A stretch of 64,000 nucleotides of DNA from Octopus vulgaris. Its lineage: Eukaryota. Every line of letters begins with the position of its first letter. Positions within the stretch are counted from its first letter, which is position 1. The translations under genes and the position numbers were made by a program. Below the pieces are notes generated by a model. That model did no database searches and was not told the origin of the DNA. It saw only the letters and a list, made by a program, of their open reading frames with translations. Location: contig OX597814.1 in the NCBI GenBank assembly GCA_951406725.2, positions 181,660,001-181,724,000 on the forward strand. Direction: 5' to 3'. This document shows, piece after piece, positions 24,984 through 37,305 of this stretch.

Positions 24984-25694
24984 TGTAGGAAATGAGGTTG
25001 GCACTGGATGGATGCCTCACAGTTCCTTACATAGTCGTGGAAAGGAAATTAGCGGGAACAAGAATCTCCAAACAAATAACAATAATAATTTATTTTGCCA
25101 AAATAAGTATTTCATCTCTGGACATCGGTAGCCTGGACGCCTTGGGAGTGGAAACAGCAGAGTTAGTAGTCAGACACAAAAATACGAAGGCATTTTCACA
25201 GACTCATAATGTCGCTTGCTGTCAGAATTCCAGCTCCATGGAGCTGATCAAGACGCGTCCGTCTCAGTCGGCAGCAGGGGTGAAGAGGGAGAATAGCGGT
25301 CAAGCCTAGCTGCTGCTGATGACTGTGCATGTGCATAAGGGGATTCTAGCAGGCCTTCCGGAAGGCTCTAATTCCTGCACATGCGTGGATGAAAATCCCA
25401 AAATGGCATCTGGAACCAGGCATCACTACAAGACTCCCCTTTAAGTGCACAAGCATGAAAATAGAAAGATTGTAGTGGAGCCAGAGACAAAAATCTCCGA
25501 ACAAATAACAATAATAATTTATTTTGCCAAAATAAGCATTTCATCTCTGGACATCAGTAGCCTGGACGCCTTCGGGATGGAAGCAGCAGGGTTAGTAGTC
25601 AGACACTAAAATATGAAGGCATTCACAGACTCTAATCCTTGCACATGTGTGGATGAAAATCCCAAAATGGCATCTAGAACTAGGCGTCACTACA
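24984..25694 (-). mobile_element. Miniature two-LTR element (TRIM-like or collapsed LTR retrotransposon)
   Basis: TG...CA ends, CAAT 4-bp TSD; related LTR copies 24984-25430 and 25471-25694; 40-bp spacer containing minus-strand PPT AAAGGGGAG next to the 3' LTR. Confidence 0.7.
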
Positions 25695-25907
25695 CAATCA
25701 TTAATTGAGCAGGTCAATATTGGGGAGTGCAACATCAATTTTCTTTTTTTCATCCAATATAATAATGAAAATTTGGGGAGAAAGTCTCTTAAAACATCAA
25801 TGAGGTTAAAATAAAAGTGTTATTTACACTGCATAAAATATTGACTAAATTTTGACTGTTAAGAAGAGGAGTTAATGATAACAAAAGAATCAAATCATTT
25901 ATTAATA

Positions 25908-26303
25908 CAGTTCTATATTTAAGAGATGAGGTATTATGTACATTATTTACATTCAACAGATATTTGTCCTCATCTTGTTTGTTGTTAACATAACGTTTCG
26001 CCTGATATACCCTCCAGCCTTCTTCAGGTGTCTTGAGGAAATTTCGAACCTGCATTTTCATTCCTAAGGTATTTTTCGGTGTTAATAGCGGCGGCAGCGT
26101 TGTTCAGGTCACTGCTTGGAATCAAACTCAGAATCTTGGGGTTAGTAACCTACGCTCTTAACCACTATGCCATATGCCTGTGGACATATGCTCTTAACCA
26201 CTACGCCATATGTCCATGGTCATATGGTGTAGTGGTTAAGAGCGTGGGCTACTAACCCCCAGATTCCGACTTTGATTCCAAGCAGTGACCTGAACACTAA
26301 CAA
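25908..26303. mobile_element. Head-to-head tRNA-headed, hammerhead-tailed fold-back element (copy 1)
   Basis: Inverted tRNA-like heads meet at ~26170-26225; minus-strand HHR GACAC-CTGAAGA-A-GGCTGG..TCAGGC-GAAA-CG-TT-ATGTT at 26032-25987. Confidence 0.8.
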
Positions 26304-27122
26304 TATCTATTCTCTGTCTTTCTCTTTTTTGATGCTCTTACTATGACTGAAAGTAAACAGCAAAAAATTTGCTTTCTATTCACAACTTAGCATGGCTGAA
26401 AGGTGAGCCGTAAAATATCTGCTTTCTCTATTTTTCTTGGTAACATCACTGTTCTTACTATGACTAAAAGCAAGCAGTAAAAAATTTGCTACCCTTTCCA
26501 ATGTTTCTGTTGACAACTTAACATCACTGAAAGGCGAGCAGTAAAATATCAATAACCATTTATATATTACACAAAAATTATTTATCATGGGAAAATAGTA
26601 AGGCATGCAGTGTATGCATTGCATACATAGACCTTTTGCCCGAGCAACAAACTAGTACAAATGTTCTGAAAATATAGATGAAACAAGTAGATAGCCTAAA
26701 TAACAAAGAACAAGGTGAAGATGTTGGCAATATATCAAACATTAGATGTTTTCATTCACCAAACGTTGCTCTTTCTGTGTGTGGGTATTGTGGGGGGAGG
26801 GGAGGGACCTACACATCCTGTTAATTATTGATATCAGCAAAATGGGGGAAAAACATTCATGGCTGAATTTAGTTGAACATAGGCACAAGCATGACTGTGT
26901 AGTAAGAAATTTGCCTCTGAACCACATGGTTCTGAGTTGAGTGTCTTCTACTATAAGCCTTGAACTAACCAAAGCCTTGTGAGTGACTCTGTGTGTGTGT
27001 GTCTGTGTGTTCCACCCACTTGACAACTGTAACTTAGAAGATTGGCAAAAGACACTGATAGGATAAGTACCAGACTTAAAACAAAAAAGTGGGGTCAATT
27101 CATTCATCTAAAATCTCTTTCA

Positions 27123-27338
27123 CCCTTTCATTACCAACCCGGCTGAAACTGGCTCTGGCTGAGTACAAATCTCTTGTTTTCATAAGTTTTTAATCTTCCA
27201 CCAAACCTTAGTCACAATTTATGTTCTTAACACTAGCTGAATGATAACTAACTTATTTTACTAAATTCTTTGTTATATTTAAAATAAATAATTGAAAGAA
27301 ACCCAGAGCATCTCAAAATAAATACTGTAAAGAAAGGG
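27123..27338. mobile_element. piggyBac-type MITE inserted in a CORE-like SINE (26880-27400)
   Basis: CCCTTTC...GAAAGGG termini with TTcA/TTAA flanks; the SINE tail resumes at 27341. Confidence 0.7.
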
Positions 27339-28944
27339 TTAAGGCAGTGCCCCTGCATGGCCTCAATCTAATGACTGAAACAAGTACCAGGTAAAAAGGT
27401 CTACTAGCCAGTATTAGAAACAACAATAATGGTTTAGAAGTTTTGGCCTGCATTGGATATTTGTTAACCTTGCATTTCACTTCTGCACTAAGTCTTTGTC
27501 AATCTTCCATGAGTACCTGCTATTGTCATCACGTAGCATTTTTTTTTTCACTTGACATTTCCCATTCATTTACCTCATACTGCTATATCAATCCAATCAT
27601 CTCACCTACATACACTTCAGCTTCTTGTAATTGTACATCAATATACATCTTAATCTTTCCAACCTGCACATTTAGTGTTCTATTCATACCACAGTACGAA
27701 TAATTAAACTTGTTCTAAGGCAATGAGCAGGTCAAATTGTTAGCATGCTGGGCAAAATGCTTAGCAGCATTTTTTCTGTCTTTACATTCTGAGTTCAAAT
27801 GCCTCTGAGTTTGACTTTGCCTTTCCTTCTTTGGGGGCCAATAACATAAGCACTAGTTGAACACTGGAATCAATGTAATCAACTTAGCCCCATCTTCCAA
27901 ACTTACTGGCACTTGCTATTCAGAGGACAGTTGACTTTGTTCCTAAAGTTACATTTGCATCGGAATGATTGTATGTTGTTTCTGATTACTTCATTGTTGT
28001 TAAGAATTTAGATTCCTATATTACATAAACAACTATATTGCCAATTAGGTTTGACGGAATTTTTGTTAAAGATTTTGTGACATTTGTAAGCTGAGAGAAA
28101 AGGCATGCTTACAAGGATCAAGAAAAATTTGGCTATGACAGTAGTTTACTCAAAGCAGTGGATTAAACCTTGTGGTTCTTGTTTTTATACTTGCTAGTTC
28201 TAGCTATGGTTTGTTCTATATAATCTGTTTTTTCATTGAAACTGTGTTTCTTTATTATATTATGGTGGTATACAGTAGCCTAATGAAAAATGTTCTTATC
28301 TAAAGATAGAATAGAGATGCATTTACTCATAATATACTCAATAATTTGGAGTCTTTGTTTACATGAGTAGACACTTCACTCAGCTTATGGAATGGCCTAA
28401 TGTTTGCCAGTATAAAAATTCATCATATTTAGAAAGTTTACTATATTTAGATTGGTTTTTATGGTTATTATTATGTTTTTCTCAGTCTATTCATGTCATG
28501 TCCATTTCAGGTATGTACTATGCTGAGTCCATCATTTCTATATAATCCTATACTAATTTTTTATTTCCATGCATGTGCAGAATATACAGGCCTACAAAAT
28601 CAGATATCCTCATAGAATGATGCGGATTTCCTAGCATTCGTAATTATACTAACATCAATGTCTGTTATAGTAGCATACAATTTACCAAACACTATTACTT
28701 GCAATTGATGATTCCTAGAAATCAATGGGTTAAATCCTACTATATCAGACTGGATTAACCTTCACTTAGGTTTACAATTGATACTGCTAAACCAGTTAGC
28801 AGTAGCACTACAATTCTTTGTTTACATTAAATTTGTAGCTTATCTAACTCTTAAATTGATAAAATCTAAATTATTATCATCTAAGAGTAGGTTTGCTGAC
28901 AATACCTAGGTCAATTTATGTGAGTTTATAAGTCGGCATTTATC

Positions 28945-28977
<33 letters not shown>

Positions 28978-29065
28978 ATGTACATACATGCATACATGAA
29001 CCATAAAAAGTCAGAAGGTATGAGAGATGAATATATTTATTTAACCACTTGACATCCCTAGGATT

Positions 29066-30335
29066 CTTATTTCTTTATTGCCCACAAGAGGGCAACACAG
29101 AGGGGACGAACAAGGACAAACAAAGGGATTAAGTCGATTAGATCGACCCCAGTGTGTAACTGGCACTTAATTTATCGACCCCGAAAGGACGAAATACCTA
29201 TTTATTTACTACCCACAAGGGGCTAAACATAGAGAGGACAAACAAGGACAGATAAACGGATTAAGTTGATTACATTGACTCCAGTGTGTAACTGGTACTT
29301 AATTTATCGACCCCGAAAGGATGACAGGCAAAGTCGACCTCGGCGGAATTTGAACTCAGAACGTAACGGTGGACAAAATATCTGTTTCTTTATTGCCCAC
29401 AAGGGGCTAAACACAGAGGAGACAAACAAGGACAGACAAACAGATTAAGTCGATCACATTGACCCCAGTGCGTAACTGGTACTTAATTTATCGACCCCGA
29501 AAGGATGACAGGCAAAGTCGACCTCAGTGGAATTTGAACTCAGAACGTAACGGCGGACAAAATATCTGTTTCTTTATTGCCCACAAGGGGCTAAACACAG
29601 AGGAGACAAACAAGGACAGACAAACAGATTAAGTCGATCACATTGACCCCAGTGCGTAACTGGTACTTAATTTATCGACCCCGAAAGGATGACAGGCAAA
29701 GTCGACCTCAGGGGAATTTGAACTCAGAACGTAACGGCGGACAAAATATCTGTTTCTTTATTGCCCACAAGGGGCTAAACACAGAGGAGACAAACAGATT
29801 AAGTCGATCACATTGACCCCAGTGTGTAACTGGTACTTAATTTATCGACCCCGAAAGGATGAAAGGCAAAGTCGACCTCGGTGAAATTTGAACTCAGAAC
29901 GTAACGGCGGACGAAATATCTGTTTCTTTATTGCCCACAAGGGGCTAAGCACAGAGGAGACAAACAAGGACAGACAAACAGATTAAGTCGTTCACATTGA
30001 CCCCAGTGCGTAACTGGTACTTAATTTATCGACCCCGAAAGGATGACAGGCAAAGTCGACCTCAGTGGAATTTGAACTCAGAACGTAACGGCAGACAAAA
30101 TATCTGTTTCTTTATTGCCCACAAGGGGCTAAACACAGAGGAGACAAACAAGGACAGACAAACAGATTAAGTCGATCACATTGACCCCAGTGCGTAACTG
30201 GTACTTAATTTATTGACCCCGAAAGGATGAAAGGCAAAGTCAACCTCGGCGAAATTTGAACTCAGAATGTAACGGCGGATGAAATATCTTAAGCATTTCA
30301 CCAAGCGTGCTAACGTTTCTGCCAGCTCTCTGCCT
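29066..30335 (-). repeat. Tandem array of MetaSINE units (~184-bp period, 7 units)
   Basis: CCCCAGTGCGTAACTGG-like motif at ~29147, 29279, 29463, 29647, 29817, 30001 and 30185; only the unit at the 30335 end has the tRNA head. Confidence 0.92.
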
Positions 30336-30644
30336 TAGGATTATGGCTGTTTCTCAGCCTTCTTCTTGTAAAAATTTCAGTGTAGAATAAAATCATATTT
30401 ACATGTTTGCATTAATATGCATGATACAATGCAATTATATATTCACAAATCAATGCAGATAGAAAAACTAGAGATATGTTGTTTTACATCAGTTAAAGTG
30501 CTAGATAAGAAGTCCAGGGAGCTGACCTTAATGTTAAAAAAAAACAGGAACAGATAAAAAGCGGAAGTAAAGTAGTTGAAGTAAAAATTAAAAACATAAA
30601 TAGATTTTAAAAGTTTACAAAATTATATATGAAGAAGAAAAAAA

Positions 30645-31365
30645 TCATCATCATCGTCGTTTAACGTCCGCTTTCCATGCTGGCATGGGTTGGATGGTGT
30701 AATTATATGGGTGACTGGGATATAGCCAACACTGCCAGATATTTTGAGCATCTTTGCGGTGATTCCTGGTGGGCCAGGTGCTTTCCCTGTCTTCATATCC
30801 TTAATTGCTTTATCTACCAAGGTCAGCCCACTCATGCATACCTTTCCTTTATTGGACACTAAACTCTACTTGCGAAGGCCTGTTGAGGCAAGTGAAATCA
30901 AAATCGAAATCAAATTCAATGACTGGCATCAATGCTAGTGGAGCACTAAGAGTACTATACGAGCATGATTGTTGCCAGAGCAACAAGCTGGCCTCTGGGC
31001 TGGTGGCACTTAAAAAGCACCATTCGAGCATGATCATTACCTGCGTTGCCTTACTGGCACTTGTGTTGGTGGCACATAAAAAACATTCAAGCGAGGTCCT
31101 TGCCAGTGTCGCTGGACTGGCTCCTGTGCAGGTGGCACATAAAAAGCACCATTTGAGCATGGCCGTTGCCAGTACCACCTGACTGGCACGTAAAAGCACC
31201 CACTAAGCTCTCGGAGTGGTTGGCATTAGGAAGGGCAACCAGCTGTAGAAACTCTGCCAGATGAGATTGGAGTCTGGTGCAGCCATCTGGTTCGCCAGAC
31301 CTCAGTCAAATCATCTAACCCATGCCAGCATGAAAAGTGGGCGTTAATCGATGATGATGATGATG
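30645..31365. mobile_element. Rearranged RTE pieces, back to back
   Basis: Minus: KAPGPPGITAKMLK fragment fused directly to the (GAT)n tail (30645-30840). Plus: 3' UTR with tandem subrepeats (30845-31365). Confidence 0.7.
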
Positions 31366-32304
31366 CTAATGATGTATATATATATAAATATATATATGCT
31401 TGCGCACACACACATAAACAAACACTCACACATCTATATATAATATATATAAATGAATTAAATTAGAAAGAGACACCAGGAGATATAAAGGTTAAACCAA
31501 GAAATAGTATTGAAAAACAGTAAGCTTCAAATTAGGGCTAAAAGATGACAAGACCACACATAAAAGTTTATGGACCTACAATTTTAGTTATATTTTCTAA
31601 CTACATCTCAAAATACTCTCTAGCCAAATAAACTGTAGTATAATCAAAGCTATACACCTACTTAGAAGCACAAGCTCAGAAGTAAGAACATACAAAAGGA
31701 AAGCACACAACTGCATTCACACAACCATATACTCTTATAGCCTTGTATAAACATATAAACCACACAGAGACTTACATTCACACACATACACAAGCATATA
31801 TATATTTATATATATATAATTCATAAATGAGGGCAAAGGAAAAAAATTCTAATGCTGAAAAATTGCCGAAAAATTTATAAATTTATAAATTTAACCGTTA
31901 AAGGTATTTTTTAATATGCTGGCCATTCATAAAATTTTTTTCAAGAAAATATTTTTTTTCGAAAAGAATTTTATCCTCACATTTGATATATATATATATA
32001 TATACATGCATACTTGCATATATACACACTGATATCTATATGAATATATACACACATACATATATATGCACATGTATACACACATATACATATGTGTATA
32101 TATACATATATATATATATGCGTACACACACATACACACACACACATACACACACACACACACATTTTTTACTGCAACAAACTAATAACATAGGTATACA
32201 CAAACAAAAGACGCAACAATGTCATTTTTATTTTATGTTGTAACAACATTGTAATCAACTAAATAAATGGCCTCTTCATAACTAATTGTTCTTCACTAAT
32301 TCAT

Positions 32305-32505
32305 TTACTCTTTTACTTGTTTCAATCATTTGACTGCAGCCATGCTGGAGCACTGCCTTTAGTCAAGCAAATCGACCCCAGGACTTATTCTTTATAAGCC
32401 TAGTACTTATTCTATCGGTCTCTTTTGCCGAACCACTAAGTTACAGGGATGTAAACACACCAGCATTGGTTGTCAAGCGATGTTGGGGGGACAAACACAG
32501 ATACA

Positions 32506-32546
<41 letters not shown>

Positions 32547-32874
32547 ACACACACATATAAATATATATATATATATATATCATCATCATCATCATCATCA
32601 TTTAACGTCCGCTTTCCATGCTAGCATGGGTTGGACGGTTCAACTGGGGTCTGGGGAGCCCGAAAGCTGCACCAGTCCAGTCAGATCTGGCAGTGTTTCT
32701 ACAGCTGGATGGCCTTCCTAACGCCAACCACTCCGAGAGTGTAGTGGGTGATTTTATGTGCCACCGACACAGGTGCCAGACGAGGCTGGCAAACGGCCAC
32801 GCTCGGATGGTGTTTTTTATGTGCCACCGACACAGGTGCCAGACAAGGCTGGCAGACGGCCACGCTCGGATGGT

Positions 32875-32937
<63 letters not shown>

Positions 32938-33105
32938 CATACGACGGGCTTCTTTTCAGTTTCCGTCTACCAAATCCACTCTCAAGGCTTTGGTCAGCCC
33001 GAGGCTATAGTAGAAGACACTTGCCCAAGGTGCCACGCAGTGGGACTGAACTCAGAACCATTTGGTTGGTAAACAAGCTACTTACCACACAGCCACTCCT
33101 GCGCC
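32305..33105 (-). mobile_element. CORE-like SINE with nested RTE tail (32580-32880) in its microsatellite
   Basis: SINE tail 32305-32510 and head 32940-33105 flank an RTE tail and (TA)n. Confidence 0.85.
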
Positions 33106-33153
33106 TATTTCTCAAATGCATCATCATCATCCAAAGCATGTTGTTACATATAC

Positions 33154-33184
<31 letters not shown>

Positions 33185-33214
33185 TGTATGTATGTATGTA
33201 TGTATGTATGTATC

Positions 33215-33248
<34 letters not shown>

Positions 33249-33277
33249 TGTATGTATATGTAAAGATTTTACAGAAG

Positions 33278-33608
33278 ATGCATGGCTTAGTGGTTAGGGT
33301 ATTTGGCTCACAATCACAGGGTCACAAGTTCAATTCACGGCAGCAAGTTGTGTCCTTGAGCAATCCACTTTATTTCACAGTGCTCCAGTCCACTCAGCTG
33401 GCAAAAGTGAGTGTTTCAAGTACCTGTATTTCAAGGAGCCAGCCTTGTCACACCCTGTGTCATGCTGAATCTCCCTGAGATGTTTGTGAAGGGGTACGCG
33501 TATCTGTGGAGTACTCAGCCACTTGCACCTTAATCTCTTGAGCAAGCCGTTCTGTTAATCAGATCAACTGGAACCCTTATCATCGTGAGTAACAGTACGC
33601 CAGTTAAA
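33278..33608 (+). mobile_element. tRNA-derived Nin/Deu-like SINE
   Basis: ATGGCTTAGTGGTTAGGG A-box, AGTTCAATTC B-box, GTCCTTGAGCAA...CTCCAGTCCACTCAGCTG; partial copies at 48000-48135 and 49550-49690. Confidence 0.65.
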
Positions 33609-34598
33609 CATATGAATAAACAAATACAGTCCATTAGCAGAGCTTTCTATGGTAGCTACATGATTCTCAAAATCCATATCTTATATTATAAATGTATGTG
33701 TACATATGCATGTGTTTGTATACATATATAGCCAAAGAGAGAGGAGAGGCAGAGGGGAAGAGAGAGAGGGGGGGAGAAAGAGAGAGAGAGGTGGAAGAGA
33801 ATGAGAAAGAGGAGCTCAAATATGCAAGCAGAATAACAGGACTGACAGAGAGGGTTTATCTAGTACATCTTTCTTTGTATTCCTACTTCTCAAAATTTAT
33901 TCTTGTATATATATATATATATATAAACTAGTAACTGTTATGTATACAATTAGTGCAATTATTGCTTTATGAAATAGCATCTGCCATTAACAAACCATTA
34001 CACTATAACTGTAGTAGTCTATGTTAATGGCTTTAATACAATAGCTGAAATTTGAGAGAAACATTCCTCTATGAGAAACCTTATTGAAAGAGACACCATA
34101 TGTATCTGTCATAAAACCATTGTAATGACAGACGTAAGTCATGTGCTGGACTGAAAAATGTGTAACATTTACTTAGATTTCATTTTGAGTTCAAATTCTG
34201 GGATAAATAACTACCAAACCACATACTGAGGATACAATTAAATCAATTTTATTCCTTTTTTGAAATTTGAGACCTTTTAACGAAATGAAAAATCATTGCT
34301 TCTGCAGAACCAGTTGAGCATCTTCGACATAATATCTTACAGAATTTAGTCATGACCCCTTGCATACTGAGTTCAAATACTGCCAAAGCTGACTTCGCTT
34401 TTTATCTTTCCAAAGGCAATGAAATATAGTAAAAACTATTTTGTGACATTGCTAAGTAACTCTTGTGAGTTATTTGGCAACCTTATAATGCCATGTAAAT
34501 AGCACAAAGTATGGTGCCATGTAAAAAGCACAAAGTATGCTCTCTTAAGTTGTTGACACTAAGAAAGATATCCAACCACAGAAAGCATGCAAAAACAA

Positions 34599-34981
34599 TC
34601 TATATATATATATAAAGCTGAAGTTGTCTGTGTATGGCAAGTTTGGCAGCCTTCAACTAACACTATCTCCTCCGAGACCCTGCGGCGCAAGTTGACCAAA
34701 ATTGAGAGTATGATAGAAGAAGGCTTGCTCTTCCTTTTTTAGAAGAAAAAAATTCAAATCAGACCATGTTAACACCAAAAATTATTTACATCAAAAAGGT
34801 GCTTTTTTTCTATGAAAATCCCCATTTTTTATGATTTTTTTACTGCTGTGTCGCCATTTTTCGGTGTATTTCAACCAGAAAAATGTTCACTTAAAGCTAC
34901 ATAATGCAAAATTTTTAGTTTTCAAAAATTCCAATTCTAATGGTCGAAACAAACCCGAGCAACGCTGTGCGATACTGCTAG
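34599..34981 (+). mobile_element. Non-autonomous Helitron
   Basis: A|TCTATATATA start; CCCGAGCAACGCTGTGCG subterminal hairpin remnant; CTAG|T end. Confidence 0.75.
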
Positions 34982-35149
34982 TGTAGTCTAACGAGCTCCT
35001 CTAGTGAAGAAAATATGAAGAAGGTTAATTCATAAAGTGGAATGAGAAGAAAGAAAAGCAAAGTCAGAAAACCAATAGCTTTGTCCCCTTTGTCTGTAGA
35101 AATTATAATTTATCTAGCTAGTGTAAAATAATATACCAGAGAATCTGTG

Positions 35150-35760
35150 TGACGGCTACTCAGTTCGTAGATGGGGTTGTCTGCAACTTCAACAAAAGAA
35201 AGTTGATCATGTGCCTGAATATGGTAAAAATTTCAGATCTGGAATGAAGTAGTGTGGTGGAATTCTTGGATCTAAAGAGAATGTGCAATCTTACCGCTAC
35301 ACATAATTTGCACCTCTTTGATCCATTTATATATGGCAAAGGTTTCTTCATGATTCTTCACTTGATTGTATGCAGTGTGCAATCTTTATATCCAACTTTT
35401 AACATGGATCTTTTAACATGCCAAATACTGGGGTGTTTACCTCTCGTATGGATATACAGTGCATAAAAGCATGCATATTTATAGATCTTATAGAGGCCAT
35501 GTTTATCTGTTTGAGATTTGTTGCGCACGTGTGTGTGCATGCCACCACATACCAGCATGAAAAGCATATGTAAATGGCTGCTGCTGCTACAGCTGACAAT
35601 GATGACTTTGATGATGATGACTCTGATGATGATGACTCTGATGATGACTCTAATGATGACTCTAATGATGACTCTGATGATGACTCTGAACATGATGATG
35701 ACAACAACGACGACGACGATGAGGATAATGATAATGATGATGATTATTGTATTCATTGGT
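35150..35760 (-). mobile_element. Penelope-like element GIY-YIG C-terminal remnant with expanded (GAT)-type repeat
   Basis: IWHVK...PYINGSKRCKLC...LHSRSEIF..FRH..NFLL parallels the C-terminus of the PLE at 62-63 kb. Confidence 0.65.
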
Positions 35761-36179
35761 TTTGTTGATTTTGTATTCATACTAGACTGGGTGAAATGCA
35801 ATGTAAATGGAAGTTGTCAACTGTCTCAATTGTGTTCATGTATATACATAACATCATTGCATTAATTATGAGAAAAAAAAGGATAGTCTCATTAATACTA
35901 ACTGTAAATTGATCAATAGAGAACTAGAATTCACAGAATTTACAATGATCAGTCATGAGGATGGACAATGAGATCTTTTTTTAACAGCAATAAGGAATAT
36001 TAATATATAATTTCTATAATTTACTATAATGATATAAAATGGCCATCTTTACGTAACTTGCATAAATTATCCAATGAAAATAACATTTATTATAAAAACT
36101 AGATCACATAGAGACAACAAAACACTTTGTGTTTTTTCTTCCTGGCTGGTTTGCTTTTCAACAAATTTAACTTTCTGAC

Positions 36180-37305
36180 CTTTCATTGGTGAATTGACTT
36201 GCAAGCCACATGGCACATTTTTAGACAGTCATTCAAACAAGTAGAAAAATCAGCACACACCCGGATTTTGTTATTTTTATAATACACACAGTTGGTGCTA
36301 CACTCTTATAATAATAATCTACTTTTTGAATAATTCCCAATTTCTCCAATCGGTCTACTTGCTTTATTGCAGCAAATGGTACCTTTCTATTAGGTTTGAA
36401 TACAAGTACGACGGTTTCCTTTGTTTGAAAACAGGCCTCAGTCTTAGAACAGAGACCTAATTTATCTGACAGTACTTCAGGTAACAAGTTTTTAAATGTT
36501 TTCTTCAATTCAACTGCTGAGTTATTTTCATTGGCGAGACAGCTATTTATATTTTTACAGAACAGATTTATGGACCCATAAGTCAAACAACTCCAACCAG
36601 TCCATACCAAACAGATTGCTTGCATTTTTTACCTCGCAAACTTTTGTTTCACAGGTTTTTCCCCAAAATGTGATATGCCACATTTCACCTATGAAGTGTA
36701 GTTTTTCACCTGTCACTCCTCGTGCAATTTTTGATGTTTTTCTTAACATAGGTTTCCCAATTCTTAACCAAGTGTTGGTATTAATAATTGAGATGTCACT
36801 ACCAGTATCTACTTGTAATTTAATATTCACTTTGTTTACTTTTACATGTACAAATTTCCTCCTTTTGGTGCTGCTTCTACTTTCCATTGAGAAAACTTTA
36901 GAAAACTTTATGTTCAACCTTCCTAACTTTGCTCTGAAATGTGAGCTCTTGTGTCCTACTTTTTGAAAACTGTAACATTTTTGCATTTTGAAAGGACAAT
37001 CCTTCCTGAAATGTAGGGCTCCACATCCGTAGTATGAGTTTGCTCTTAACATTTTCTTTTGTTTATACCTTGCCAGTTAGCATGCTTGTAATTGTGAGAA
37101 TTCCTCCTCTTCAATTTTCTTTACATCCCAACATAAGTTTACCGTTCTTTGGCACTTCTCTGCAACTGTCTGCAGGGTTAAACTTTAGTCCACTTGTTCA
37201 AGCTTTGTGAGAATTCTTGCACGTATTTCCACATCTTTGTCAGACATAAGCCCATGTACAAAACTGAGGCACTTAAACATATCAGAAGTTAGTTCCTTCA
37301 GTTTA
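36180..37305 (-). mobile_element. Ty3/Gypsy gag-protease-RT remnant
   Basis: Twin zinc knuckles (YGCGALHFRKDC, KCYSFQKVGHKSSH), protease LQVDTGSDISII...LFGMDWL, RT start RKVPFA...LEKLGII...APTV. Confidence 0.85.

Noticed and set aside
26221-26293. Functional tRNA gene (also 60701-60773)
   Set aside because: No proper acceptor stem or poly-T terminator; embedded in a repeat, so treated as a SINE head.
29066-30335. CRISPR-like regular array
   Set aside because: Units are whole SINE bodies with no unique spacers; eukaryotic context.
35574-35768. Acidic poly-Asp protein ORF
   Set aside because: Trinucleotide repeat within a minus-strand PLE remnant.
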